From NCBI GenBank assembly GCA_038878295.1, contig JAVZVY010000005.1, forward strand, positions 1 through 35,270: 35,270 nucleotides of DNA, in the 5' to 3' direction. The translations under genes and the position numbers were made by a program. The notes beneath the pieces are model-generated. The model was not told the DNA's origin, ran no database searches, and saw only the letters and a list, made by a program, of their open reading frames with translations. This document shows positions 26,028-35,014 of this stretch, in pieces. The stretch's first letter is position 1. Every line of letters begins with the position of its first letter. This DNA comes from Candidatus Micrarchaeaceae archaeon (GTDB taxonomy: Archaea; Micrarchaeota; Micrarchaeia; Micrarchaeales; CABMGC01).

Positions 26028-26134
26028 GGGCTCTTAGCTCAGTAGCAGAGCGTTCCGTTCGCAAGAAACTTTATAAAAAGTTTTATCAAAACCGGAAGAC
26101 GGAAAGGTCGCGGGTGCGAATCCCGCAGAGTCCA
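26028..26134 (+). tRNA. tRNA-Ala(CGC) with 35-nt canonical intron (26064-26098)
   Basis: G3:U70 pair (GGG...TCC), TTCCG/CGGAA anticodon stem, CGC anticodon, BHB with central TTCG/CGGA helix at position 37/38. Confidence 0.93.
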
Positions 26135-26215
26135 ATTTTAGGACCCACCTGACAGAAGTGGAGAAAGCATATTTGCCAAATTGTAAGCGTTATACTCAAA
26201 ATTGCAGAAATGTTA

Positions 26216-26854
26216 TCAGATCCTCACTATTCTTACCCTCCTTATTCGAAAATTATTGTGTTCTACTGCAACATAACCTAGCGAGGCTGGAAAAGGCATA
26301 AATCTATAATTCAGTGTACCACAAAACACATTCTTCTTGATAATCCTTAGGTAGTGAAGATGGCCTAAAAAGAGATACTCGTCCTTGCTTATCTTAAAGT
26401 GCATTCTTACAAGACCTGAAAGTATTTGCGGCGCAAGATCATAGCTTATATGATTTGCTGACTTTACGAAAAACTGCCCAAGTTTTTCTACGTATAACTG
26501 CTTTTCTAAGTTTCCATGGAAAAAATTTGCATTGCCTATCTTGAAAAATATCAGATTACTCCTATTTATGGGCCTCCGCTCAATCAATGCGTCTATCTCG
26601 CCACGTATGCTGTGCATGTCTGAATACTGGTAATCATTGTCTCCAACGATTACAATACTGCGCCTAATTGGAAATATGTTGTCAAACTTATCATAAAATT
26701 CTCTATATGCCTTTTTATGGTCTCTAAACATTGACAATTCTATATTGTCACCTAAAAGTGCAACATTGTTGGGCTTTTCATTATCTATGCTGCTTTCGAT
26801 TGTCTCCAAGCGCCCTATAGGGTAATGTATATCCGAAAAGATCAAAAGTTTCAT
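26216..26854 (-). CDS. calcineurin-like metallophosphoesterase
   Basis: SDIH, LGD, GDND, FHG and GHLH motifs; GGTG RBS 5 nt before the ATG at 26854. Confidence 0.88.
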   Translation of the reverse strand: MKLLIFSDIHYPIGRLETIESSIDNEKPNNVALLGDNIELSMFRDHKKAYREFYDKFDNIFPIRRSIVIVGDNDYQYSDMHSIRGEIDALIERRPINRSNLIFFKIGNANFFHGNLEKQLYVEKLGQFFVKSANHISYDLAPQILSGLVRMHFKISKDEYLFLGHLHYLRIIKKNVFCGTLNYRFMPFPASLGYVAVEHNNFRIRRVRIVRI

Positions 26855-27095
26855 TCTTGCACCGTCAATCTTATTTAGTGCGACAAAACAAACATATAAA
26901 ATTATGTGCTTGTATTGCTTTTGCTTTTTCCAGCTCATAAGCAACGGATTACACGCTACTTGTTGCCTCGCTCATACTAGGCATCTCGTTTCGATATGGA
27001 TGTTCTGCTAACATACTTAAAAGTTGCATGCATATTGTTATTAACTCAGCAGTGGGTAACAATCAATAAATTTACTGTGTTCGTATAGTGGTCGC

Positions 27096-28088
27096 ATGCC
27101 GATCGTAATAATATCTCACAGAAGCGATCTTGACGGTATATCTTCAGCAGCTCTCATAGCAAGGTATGCTGCCAAATATCAAAAATTGCCATTTTACATT
27201 GCGCTGAAGGACTACGCAGATAAGGAAAATATAATAGATGACATAATACTTGGCACAGCAGATTCAGAAATTTTTATTTCTGATCTTTCTACAAATCAAG
27301 GCAATATAGATAAGATAATAGCTAGGCTGAAGATACTTAAGAAAAACAAGAATAAAATATATTGGATGGACCACCACAAAACTACGGATTTGATTGTAAA
27401 CAAGTTAAAGAAAATTGTTGATGTGCTCGATGTAAGAGCTAGCAACTTTCCAGCATCACAGATTGTTTACGATAGGGTTTATTCGAAAAACGGGATTAGG
27501 GATAGTCATGCAAAGATGCTCGCCATACTTGGAACCGACGCGGACTTGATGAAATTGAGGCACAAAATAACGCCTAAGCTAGTGTCCATAATTGACTACT
27601 ACAACTACATAGATGCTGGCAGCGCCTTCTATCCAGACTTAGTGCAACTTGCATTATCAATTGCAATGCCTAAAATAGCGTCTAAAGAAGACGCGCTCCT
27701 AGACGACATGCGCCTGAAAGAAATCGAGTACTACGAATCACTTAAAAAGGCTGCAGCAAAAAAGGTGCTCGATAACGTAGAAATCTTCAAAGCAGGCAAG
27801 TACTCCTTTGCGCTGTTCAATTACCCGAGTCTTTTTTCAGGGTCGCAAGTATCTGTTTATGTCCTAAATGCAAATAATGTAGACGCATCCATAGGTTTCA
27901 ACGAACATGGAAAAGGCAGCGTTAGAAGAAAAAACAATGACATAGACTGCGCAGAGATAGCCTCGCATTTTGGTGGCGGTGGCCATGCCTTTGCCGCTGG
28001 TTTTTCCCTCGATTTTATTACGGATTCAGCCTCAAGCGTCAAGAAAGCAAAGGCCTTGATAAGGAATAAGCTGCAGGAGCTGTACTAA
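27096..28088 (+). CDS. DHH/DHHA1 family phosphoesterase (NrnA-like)
   Basis: SH..DLDG, SDL, DHH and GGGGHAFAAG motifs. Confidence 0.92.
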   Translation: MPIVIISHRSDLDGISSAALIARYAAKYQKLPFYIALKDYADKENIIDDIILGTADSEIFISDLSTNQGNIDKIIARLKILKKNKNKIYWMDHHKTTDLIVNKLKKIVDVLDVRASNFPASQIVYDRVYSKNGIRDSHAKMLAILGTDADLMKLRHKITPKLVSIIDYYNYIDAGSAFYPDLVQLALSIAMPKIASKEDALLDDMRLKEIEYYESLKKAAAKKVLDNVEIFKAGKYSFALFNYPSLFSGSQVSVYVLNANNVDASIGFNEHGKGSVRRKNNDIDCAEIASHFGGGGHAFAAGFSLDFITDSASSVKKAKALIRNKLQELY

Positions 28089-28175
28089 TGCTTGCGCGCT
28101 CCTTCTTTTATCTCTGTCTAACTCATGTTCTGCAAACCTTTAATAAATTAAATGTGCTGTCTAATTGGCGGTTCA

Positions 28176-29246
28176 ATGATAAAGGAAGTGTTTAGCGGAG
28201 AAATTAACTACATGCAGATTCTCGATGAAAATGGCAATGTGGATGCCTCTCTTCTTCCAAACGATCTAGACGATTCAAAAATAGTGCAGATGTACAAGTA
28301 CATGAATCTTGCAAGAGCACTTGATGCAAAGACGTTGAGTCTTCAAAGGCAGGGGCGTGCAGTAACATACGCGCCGTTGCTCGGCGAAGAAGCCACACAG
28401 GTGGGCAGTGCAATGGCTATGCGTGCGAACGACATCTTCGTGCCCAACTTCAGGCAGCATGCAGTGTATCTGATTAGAGGGCTGCCGCTGGAGTTGTACT
28501 TCATTTACTGGAGAGGCTTCGAAGAGGGGGGCGCAATCCCAAAAAATGTCAATGGGCTTCCTGTGATAGTACCGGTTGGGTCACAAGTGCCGCATGCAGC
28601 AGGCTTTGCATACGCTCAAAAATACAAGAAAACAGGCAATGCTGTAATAACATATGTGGGCGACGGCGGCACATCTGAAGGCGATTTCTACGAAGGCATA
28701 AATTTCGCCGGAGTGTTCAAACTCCCGCTTGTTGTAATAATCGAGAACAATCAGTGGGCCATATCTGTTCCAAGGAAAATGCAAACAGCTGCCAAGACGC
28801 TCGCGCAGAAAGGCATTGCTGTTGGTGTTGATTCAATACAGGTTGATGGCAACGATGTTTTTGCTGTTTACAAAGCAACTAAAGATGCGATAGAAGCTTC
28901 CAAAGAAAAGCCCACAATTATAGAATGCGTCACATACAGAATGAGCATGCATACTACTGCAGACGATCCTACTAAGTACAGGACTGATGAAGAGGTTGAG
29001 GAATGGAAAAAGAAAGACCCTATAGACAGGCTCAGGAAGTACATTGTGGCAAAAGGCCTATGGGACGAATCGAAGGAAAGCTCTATGCAAGAGGAACACG
29101 CAAAGCTTATAGACGACGCTGTGCAGAAGGCCGAGCAGTTTAAGCCCGATCCGAAAAGTATTTTCGAGCATGTTTACAGCTTCATGCCTGAGGTTTTGAA
29201 GGAGGAATATGACGAGAGCATTAAGGAGAATTTCTGGCAGGGCTAG
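28176..29246 (+). CDS. pdhA: 2-oxoacid (pyruvate-type) dehydrogenase E1 alpha
   Basis: LQRQGR, TPP motif GDGGTSEGDFYE...NNQWAIS, YR...HTTADDP..YR. Substrate (pyruvate vs branched-chain) not determinable. Confidence 0.93.
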   Translation: MIKEVFSGEINYMQILDENGNVDASLLPNDLDDSKIVQMYKYMNLARALDAKTLSLQRQGRAVTYAPLLGEEATQVGSAMAMRANDIFVPNFRQHAVYLIRGLPLELYFIYWRGFEEGGAIPKNVNGLPVIVPVGSQVPHAAGFAYAQKYKKTGNAVITYVGDGGTSEGDFYEGINFAGVFKLPLVVIIENNQWAISVPRKMQTAAKTLAQKGIAVGVDSIQVDGNDVFAVYKATKDAIEASKEKPTIIECVTYRMSMHTTADDPTKYRTDEEVEEWKKKDPIDRLRKYIVAKGLWDESKESSMQEEHAKLIDDAVQKAEQFKPDPKSIFEHVYSFMPEVLKEEYDESIKENFWQG

Positions 29247-29254
29247 GTGGTCTA

Positions 29255-30220
29255 ATGCAGATGAATATGGTAAATGCAATAAACAACGCGCTTGAGCTTG
29301 TTATGAAGGAAAACGACAGCGTAGTCATGCTTGGCGAAGACATAGGCAAGGACGGCGGGGTATTCAGGGTCACTGATGGGCTTCTTGACAAGTTCGGTCC
29401 AGACCGCGTGATGGACACGCCGCTTGCAGAGTCTGCGATAATCGGCACTGCAATAGGCATGGCCCTTGCGGGCCTGCATCCTATACCTGAAATACAGTTC
29501 GCAGGCTTCATGTACGAGAGCTTTGCGCAATTTGTGAACCACGCGGCTCGCTACAGGAGCAGGACAAGGTCTGCATTCCAAGTGCCAATGACTGTAAGGG
29601 TCCCGGTCAGCGGCGGTGTAAGGACGCTTGAGCACCACTCTGAAAGCCCAGAAGCTTTCTATTCGCATATAGGCGGCCTCGTGGTTGTGGAGCCTTCAAA
29701 TCCATACGACGCCAAGGGCCTTCTGATAAGGGCTGTGCATATGAACGATCCCGTTTTGTTTCTCGAGCCGACAAAGCTCTACAGGCTTTTCAAGCAGGAT
29801 GTGCCAGAGGATATGTATGAAGTTGAGATAGGCAAGGCCGGCATTGTCAAGGAAGGCAGCGACCTGACAATAGTCACATATGGCACCATGGTCAAGGTCG
29901 TTGAAGATGCAGTTGCAAAGAAAGGCACGTCTGCAGAGATAATAGATCTGAGAACAATCAACCCGCTTGATGAAGCCACAATAATAGGCAGCGTGAAGAA
30001 GACAGGCAAGGCAATGATAGTGCATGAGGCTGAGCTCAGCTTTGGGGTAGGCGCAGAGATTGCTGCCAGGATAGCAGAAAAAGCAATATACGAGCTGGAC
30101 GCGCCTATACTTAGAGTTGCTTCTGACAGCTTCCCATACCCGTTTCCAGGATACGAGCAGTACTACATACCAAACGAGCTTAAAGTGGAAAGGGCCATAG
30201 ACAAAATAATGACAGAGTGA
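29255..30220 (+). CDS. pdhB: 2-oxoacid dehydrogenase E1 beta
   Basis: GEDIG..GGVFR.T.GL, DTPLAES, EIQF, HHSES and IDLRTI.PLD motifs. Confidence 0.95.
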   Translation: MQMNMVNAINNALELVMKENDSVVMLGEDIGKDGGVFRVTDGLLDKFGPDRVMDTPLAESAIIGTAIGMALAGLHPIPEIQFAGFMYESFAQFVNHAARYRSRTRSAFQVPMTVRVPVSGGVRTLEHHSESPEAFYSHIGGLVVVEPSNPYDAKGLLIRAVHMNDPVLFLEPTKLYRLFKQDVPEDMYEVEIGKAGIVKEGSDLTIVTYGTMVKVVEDAVAKKGTSAEIIDLRTINPLDEATIIGSVKKTGKAMIVHEAELSFGVGAEIAARIAEKAIYELDAPILRVASDSFPYPFPGYEQYYIPNELKVERAIDKIMTE

Positions 30221-30224
30221 TAGC

Positions 30225-31451
30225 ATGAAGGAGCTGAAGTTCGTTGATGTTGGCGAAGGCATAACTGAAGGCCATCTGCAGAAATGGCTTGTTAAGGACG
30301 GCGATGTTGTAAAGGAGGATCAGGCGATAGCGCAGATCGAGACAGACAAGGCCGTTGTGAGCATGCCGGCGCCCGCAAGCGGCAAGATAAAGATAGTAGC
30401 AAAGGAGAATACAGACGTGCACATTGGCGACACACTCGCATTAATAGGCGAAGAAGGCGAAATAACTGGCGCTATGCAAGCCGCACCGCAGCCTGAACAG
30501 AGGCAGCAGCCGCAGCAGCCAGCCATGGGCGCAGTGCAGACGCAACATGCTCAACATGAAGAAGTAATTGCCACGCCATCAGTGAGAAAACTTGCAGAGC
30601 AGTTGAATGTCGACTTATCGAATGTAGTCGGAACAGGGCCTCACGGCAGGATTCTCGAAAATGATGTAAGAAATTATGCCGGCAGGCAGCAGGCAACAGC
30701 AAAGCCTGTGCCTAAGTTTTCAGAGCTTCTTGAGGAGCAGCACAAGGAAGAGATAGAACGCGTGCCTCTCTCGCCGACAAGAAAGGCAATAGCAAGGAAC
30801 ATGGAGCTTTCATGGACCATACCCAGGGCCACGCACATGGACATAATAAATGCCACGGCGCTATTTGATATAGTGAGCAGGGAAAGGCCCAACGCAGAAA
30901 GGGATTTCGGCGTAAAGCTTACATATCTGCCATTCATAATCAAAGCCACTATAGAAGCGCTCAAGGAAAATCCGCACTTCAACGCAAGCTATGACCATGA
31001 GAAGCTTGAGATAATTGTCAAGAAATACTTCAACATAGGTCTGGCAGCAGAGGCTCCTGACGGCCTAAAAGTCGTAGTGGTTAAGGAAGCCGATAAGAAG
31101 AGTATAATAGAGCTTGCAAAGGAGACAGCAGAGCTCGGAAAGAGGGTCAGGGACCAGACAATAACAATTGATGAAATGAGGGATAGCAGCTTCACCATAA
31201 CAAACATAGGCAGCCTTGGCGGCGGATTCCTTTCAGTGCCAATGATAAACTATCCTGATGTCGCAATACTCGGCATACACAAGATAAGAGATTTTCCGGT
31301 TGCAGATAACGGCACTGTGAAAGTCGGCAAGATACTGCCATTTTCAGTTGTCTTCGATCACAGAGTTGTTGACGGCGCAGAAGCTGTGAAGTTCGGCAAT
31401 GCCCTGATAAAGTACTTGGAAGATCCTGACTTCCTCGAAATGTTGGGATAG
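30225..31451 (+). CDS. pdhC: dihydrolipoamide acyltransferase E2
   Basis: Single lipoyl domain (ETDKA), Q/P linker, peripheral subunit-binding domain (ATPSVRKLA..GTGPHGRI), catalytic DHRVVDG. Confidence 0.95.
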   Translation: MKELKFVDVGEGITEGHLQKWLVKDGDVVKEDQAIAQIETDKAVVSMPAPASGKIKIVAKENTDVHIGDTLALIGEEGEITGAMQAAPQPEQRQQPQQPAMGAVQTQHAQHEEVIATPSVRKLAEQLNVDLSNVVGTGPHGRILENDVRNYAGRQQATAKPVPKFSELLEEQHKEEIERVPLSPTRKAIARNMELSWTIPRATHMDIINATALFDIVSRERPNAERDFGVKLTYLPFIIKATIEALKENPHFNASYDHEKLEIIVKKYFNIGLAAEAPDGLKVVVVKEADKKSIIELAKETAELGKRVRDQTITIDEMRDSSFTITNIGSLGGGFLSVPMINYPDVAILGIHKIRDFPVADNGTVKVGKILPFSVVFDHRVVDGAEAVKFGNALIKYLEDPDFLEMLG

Positions 31452-31456
31452 ATCTT

Positions 31457-32062
31457 ATGACAGAACCAGACATTTTTGAATCCATTTTTGAAGTCTGTTA
31501 CAATGGTAGCCCAAAAAACAAAACAGTGGCTATAGCCTCGGATTTCGACGACACAATTTTCGATACTAGAATGAGCATGCATCTTGCGAGCAAAGCAATA
31601 AAGGGAAAAAGGTTAGAGAAGCAAGAAGTCAACTTGCTGCCTGAGGAAGAAAAGAGCGGTATTTATTTCACTGCATATACAAAGTACGGACATTTGCTCA
31701 AGCCAAACAGCAGCATAATAAATTTCTATGCGAGGATGCAGAAGCGCGGCGCCGACATCTTCATACTGAGCGGCAGAAGGGAAAATCTCAGGGACGAAAC
31801 CGAGAAAAAACTGATGAAGCACGGGATAAAATTCAAGGAAGCGCTGTTGAGACGTGCAGCCAAGTCTGAACATGACGAAGATCCAGACGTGCCTTCATGG
31901 AAAGCGTCTAAAATAATAGAACTCTCTAGGCATTACGATATTGTGCTTCTATTCGAAGACAGCAGGCAGATAATAGACGCAGTAATGGCGAAAACTTATG
32001 GTGACAAGGTGAAGTGCTTTCTGGTGGAGAATCCAAAAAGCGTGATAGAAGTAAAACATTAG
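31457..32062 (+). CDS. HAD-superfamily phosphatase (class B acid phosphatase / PNKP-like)
   Basis: DFDDT (motif I), LSGR (II), WK (III) and FED (IV). Confidence 0.85.
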   Translation: MTEPDIFESIFEVCYNGSPKNKTVAIASDFDDTIFDTRMSMHLASKAIKGKRLEKQEVNLLPEEEKSGIYFTAYTKYGHLLKPNSSIINFYARMQKRGADIFILSGRRENLRDETEKKLMKHGIKFKEALLRRAAKSEHDEDPDVPSWKASKIIELSRHYDIVLLFEDSRQIIDAVMAKTYGDKVKCFLVENPKSVIEVKH

Positions 32063-32070
32063 GCGGTTGA

Positions 32071-33441
32071 ATGGTAATGGGCTCTATTCCAGAGGAAGTC
32101 GACCTGGCGGTAATTGGCGCAGGAGTCGGCGGCTATGTCGCTGCAATAAGAGCAGCTGAGCTCGGAATGAACGTGGCGCTTGTTGAGAAGGAGAAGCTTG
32201 GTGGCCATTGCCTCAACTACGCGTGCATTCCATCCAAGACGCTGATAAACATAGCCGATGATTTTTATACAGCCACGCATTCGCAGAAGTTCGGCATAAA
32301 TGTAGAAAATGCGAGCATTGATGCAAAGAAGATGTACGAGTGGCGCATGTCTGCTTCAAAGAAACTCGAAGACGGTGTAGGATTCCTGTGCAAGTCTAAC
32401 GGCGTGGAAACGATAAAGGCTGAGGCTACATTTCTCTCTTCAGACACGCTTCAGCTCACAAACGGCACATCGCTCAAGTTCAAGAATGCTGTGATAGCAA
32501 CAGGCTCTGAGCCGACAGTGCTGAAAGGCTTCGAGTTCAATGGCACAAGCATAATAGATTATAAGAAGGCGCTAATGCTGGATTACGTGCCTAAGAGCAT
32601 GGCAATAATAGGCGCAGGCTATGTTGCAGTAGAGATAGGCACGCTCTATGCAAAGCTCGGCACGAGCGTCTCTATAATAGCTAGGTCTGATGTCCTTTCA
32701 AAATTCGACAGGGATGCAGTATCAATAATCAAAAAGAAGATGCAGGAGCTAGGAGTAAAAATATACACAGCTGCTACGCCTTTATCTTTTGACGGAAAGG
32801 TGCTGAAGCTCAGCGATGGCAGCAGCATAGACACAGATCTTGTTGTGGTCGCAGTCGGCCTGACCCCATATACGCAAGGTCTGGGCCTGGAAAACACAAA
32901 GGTTGAATTGAACGAGAGAGGTTTTGTGAAGGTTGATTCCTCGCTTAGGACAACAGATCCTAACATATTTGCGGTAGGTGATGTAATAGGCGAGCCTATG
33001 CTGGCTCACAAGGCCATACGTCAAGGGGTAGTTGTCGCAGAAATAATCAAAGGAATAAGAAAAAGCTACGACAACCTCGTTGTGCCAGCCGTGATATTCT
33101 CTGATCCTGAGATAGCGATCGCCGGGAGCATAGAAGAAGCCGAAGGCATAAAAGTAACGAAGTTTCCTTTAACAGCGCTTGGCAGAAGCATAGCGTTGGA
33201 CACGACAAACGGTTTCGTGAAGATAGCGGCAGATGCTGAAGGCATAGTAAAAGGCGTTGAGATAGTTTCAGAAAGCGCCAATGCGATGATATCCGAAGCC
33301 GCGCTTGCTATAGAGATGGGCGCAACAGTTGAGGACATAGCTTCTACAATTCATCCCCATCCGACTTATAGCGAGGCCGTGCAGGAAGCGGCCGAAGCCG
33401 CAATTGGAAGCCCTATTCACTATTTCTATGGAAAAAGGTAA
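32071..33441 (+). CDS. lpdA: dihydrolipoamide dehydrogenase E3
   Basis: GAGVGGY, GGHCLNYACIPSK, MLAHKA and HPHPTYSE motifs; operon context with E1 and E2. Confidence 0.93.
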   Translation: MVMGSIPEEVDLAVIGAGVGGYVAAIRAAELGMNVALVEKEKLGGHCLNYACIPSKTLINIADDFYTATHSQKFGINVENASIDAKKMYEWRMSASKKLEDGVGFLCKSNGVETIKAEATFLSSDTLQLTNGTSLKFKNAVIATGSEPTVLKGFEFNGTSIIDYKKALMLDYVPKSMAIIGAGYVAVEIGTLYAKLGTSVSIIARSDVLSKFDRDAVSIIKKKMQELGVKIYTAATPLSFDGKVLKLSDGSSIDTDLVVVAVGLTPYTQGLGLENTKVELNERGFVKVDSSLRTTDPNIFAVGDVIGEPMLAHKAIRQGVVVAEIIKGIRKSYDNLVVPAVIFSDPEIAIAGSIEEAEGIKVTKFPLTALGRSIALDTTNGFVKIAADAEGIVKGVEIVSESANAMISEAALAIEMGATVEDIASTIHPHPTYSEAVQEAAEAAIGSPIHYFYGKR

Positions 33442-33447
33442 TGGCAA

Positions 33448-34185
33448 ATGGATTACGCAAAGGATTTCTATGAGTCATACGCAGAAACAAGCTATGGCAG
33501 GATATTCTACAGACACAACAATGCCAGTGGAAAAAACATAGTATTTTTGCACGGCGTTGGGGCAGATTCGAGAGTATGGAAGAGACTTGTAGAGTACTTG
33601 CCCGAAAGCATGCACGTGTTTGCTTTAGATCTTCTTGGCCATGGAAATTCTGACAAGCCGCGCGTGAACTACACCGTCGAAATGCAAGCTAAGGCTTTGA
33701 GTGAATTCATTTCGGCAAACTGCGGCAAAGCCGTAATTTTTGGCCATTCATACGGCGGATGGATTGCCGCATATTACGCCTACATGGGATTTTCCGCGGA
33801 AGGCATAATCCTAGAAGACGCTGCTGGGCTGAAAAGCTATTTTGATGAGATAGCAAATTCGGGAGACTACGAAGTATATAAAGAAAAGCTGCTTAAGAAC
33901 CTCCTAATGCAAAACAATAATGACGAGTATGCTATGAAAAGCATAGTGCAAAATGAATCGGCAAATGCCTTAACCGATAGCGTACTTTCTTATATAAAAA
34001 TACCTACGCTGATAATCTGGGGGACCAGCGACAGCATTGTCGACAAAAAATTTGCTTACAGATTCAACGAGTCTATAAGCGGCTCGAAGCTCATCATGGT
34101 AGAAGGGGCTGGCCACGATGCGCACTACACAAACCCAAAAGAAGTGGCTGAAGCTATTGAGCATTTTGTTGGAGAACTAGCGTGA
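33448..34185 (+). CDS. alpha/beta hydrolase
   Basis: HG oxyanion loop, DLLGHG.S, GHSYG nucleophile, WG.SD and GAGH. Confidence 0.92.
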   Translation: MDYAKDFYESYAETSYGRIFYRHNNASGKNIVFLHGVGADSRVWKRLVEYLPESMHVFALDLLGHGNSDKPRVNYTVEMQAKALSEFISANCGKAVIFGHSYGGWIAAYYAYMGFSAEGIILEDAAGLKSYFDEIANSGDYEVYKEKLLKNLLMQNNNDEYAMKSIVQNESANALTDSVLSYIKIPTLIIWGTSDSIVDKKFAYRFNESISGSKLIMVEGAGHDAHYTNPKEVAEAIEHFVGELA

Positions 34186-34246
34186 TTTAAAAATTCAAAT
34201 GCATAGATAACATTATGGTTAAGATAATAAAAATGTGGATGATTCG

Positions 34247-34972
34247 ATGCCAACGCCGATTATAAACCAAAAGCCGTACGTTATAACAGAGATAATAGAC
34301 GCGACGCCTGATGTAAAAGTATTCAAATTCAAGGCCCAGGATGGAAGCACAATAGATTTTGATCCTGGAATGTTCATGATGCTCACTTACGTTGACAAAA
34401 ATACGAACGAGAAGATCACAAGGGCATTTTCAATAGCGTCTGCACCGAATTCTGAGACTATTGACTTTTACATACATATGATACATGGAAGACTCACATC
34501 GAAGATGGAGGATGCGAAGGTCGGCGATGTGTACTATATGACAGGGCCATACGGCCAGTTCAAATTCGTGCCAAGCGCAGACAGGAAAGTGCTTTACATA
34601 GCAGGCGGCACCGGGCTTGCACCTTTCATGTCGATGCTCAAGCAGGTAAAAGCGCTGAATTCTGGAAATGACATAATACTTCTTTACAGCGTGAGGTTTC
34701 CAAACGAGATAATAATGAAGGACGAGCTGCTGCAGCTCGAGAAGGAAATAGGAATGAAAATGATAGTAACAGTGACAAGACCTCAGCCGAATGATGGCTG
34801 GACGGGCGAAACAGGCCACATAGATGCAAACATGATAAAGAAATATGTGAGCGATCTTAGCGAGCGCACCGCATACATCTGCGGGCCGCTTCCATTCGTC
34901 AAAGCGATGAAGGCGAGTCTTGCGGAGTTGGGCGTAGACAACGCGAAAGTCAAAGCCGACGTTTGGGGCTGA
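34247..34972 (+). CDS. FAD/NAD(P)-binding oxidoreductase (ferredoxin-NADP reductase-like, no Fe-S domain)
   Basis: RAFSIAS, GRLTS, GPYG, AGGTGLAP, YSVR and CGP motifs; alternative GTG start at 34235. Confidence 0.9.
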   Translation: MPTPIINQKPYVITEIIDATPDVKVFKFKAQDGSTIDFDPGMFMMLTYVDKNTNEKITRAFSIASAPNSETIDFYIHMIHGRLTSKMEDAKVGDVYYMTGPYGQFKFVPSADRKVLYIAGGTGLAPFMSMLKQVKALNSGNDIILLYSVRFPNEIIMKDELLQLEKEIGMKMIVTVTRPQPNDGWTGETGHIDANMIKKYVSDLSERTAYICGPLPFVKAMKASLAELGVDNAKVKADVWG

Positions 34973-35014
34973 ATTCTTTTATTCGTTGCGGTTCATAGAC
35001 GCACTGGCCATACC

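Noticed and set aside
30478..30525. GCAGCC/CAG-rich quasi-repeat
   Set aside because: Encodes the ordinary flexible Q/P/A linker of E2.
32071..33441. Possibility that the NADP-type flavoprotein is mercuric or glutathione reductase
   Set aside because: Has E3-specific MLAHKA and HPHPTxSE motifs, no C-terminal Cys pair, and lies in the E1/E2 operon.
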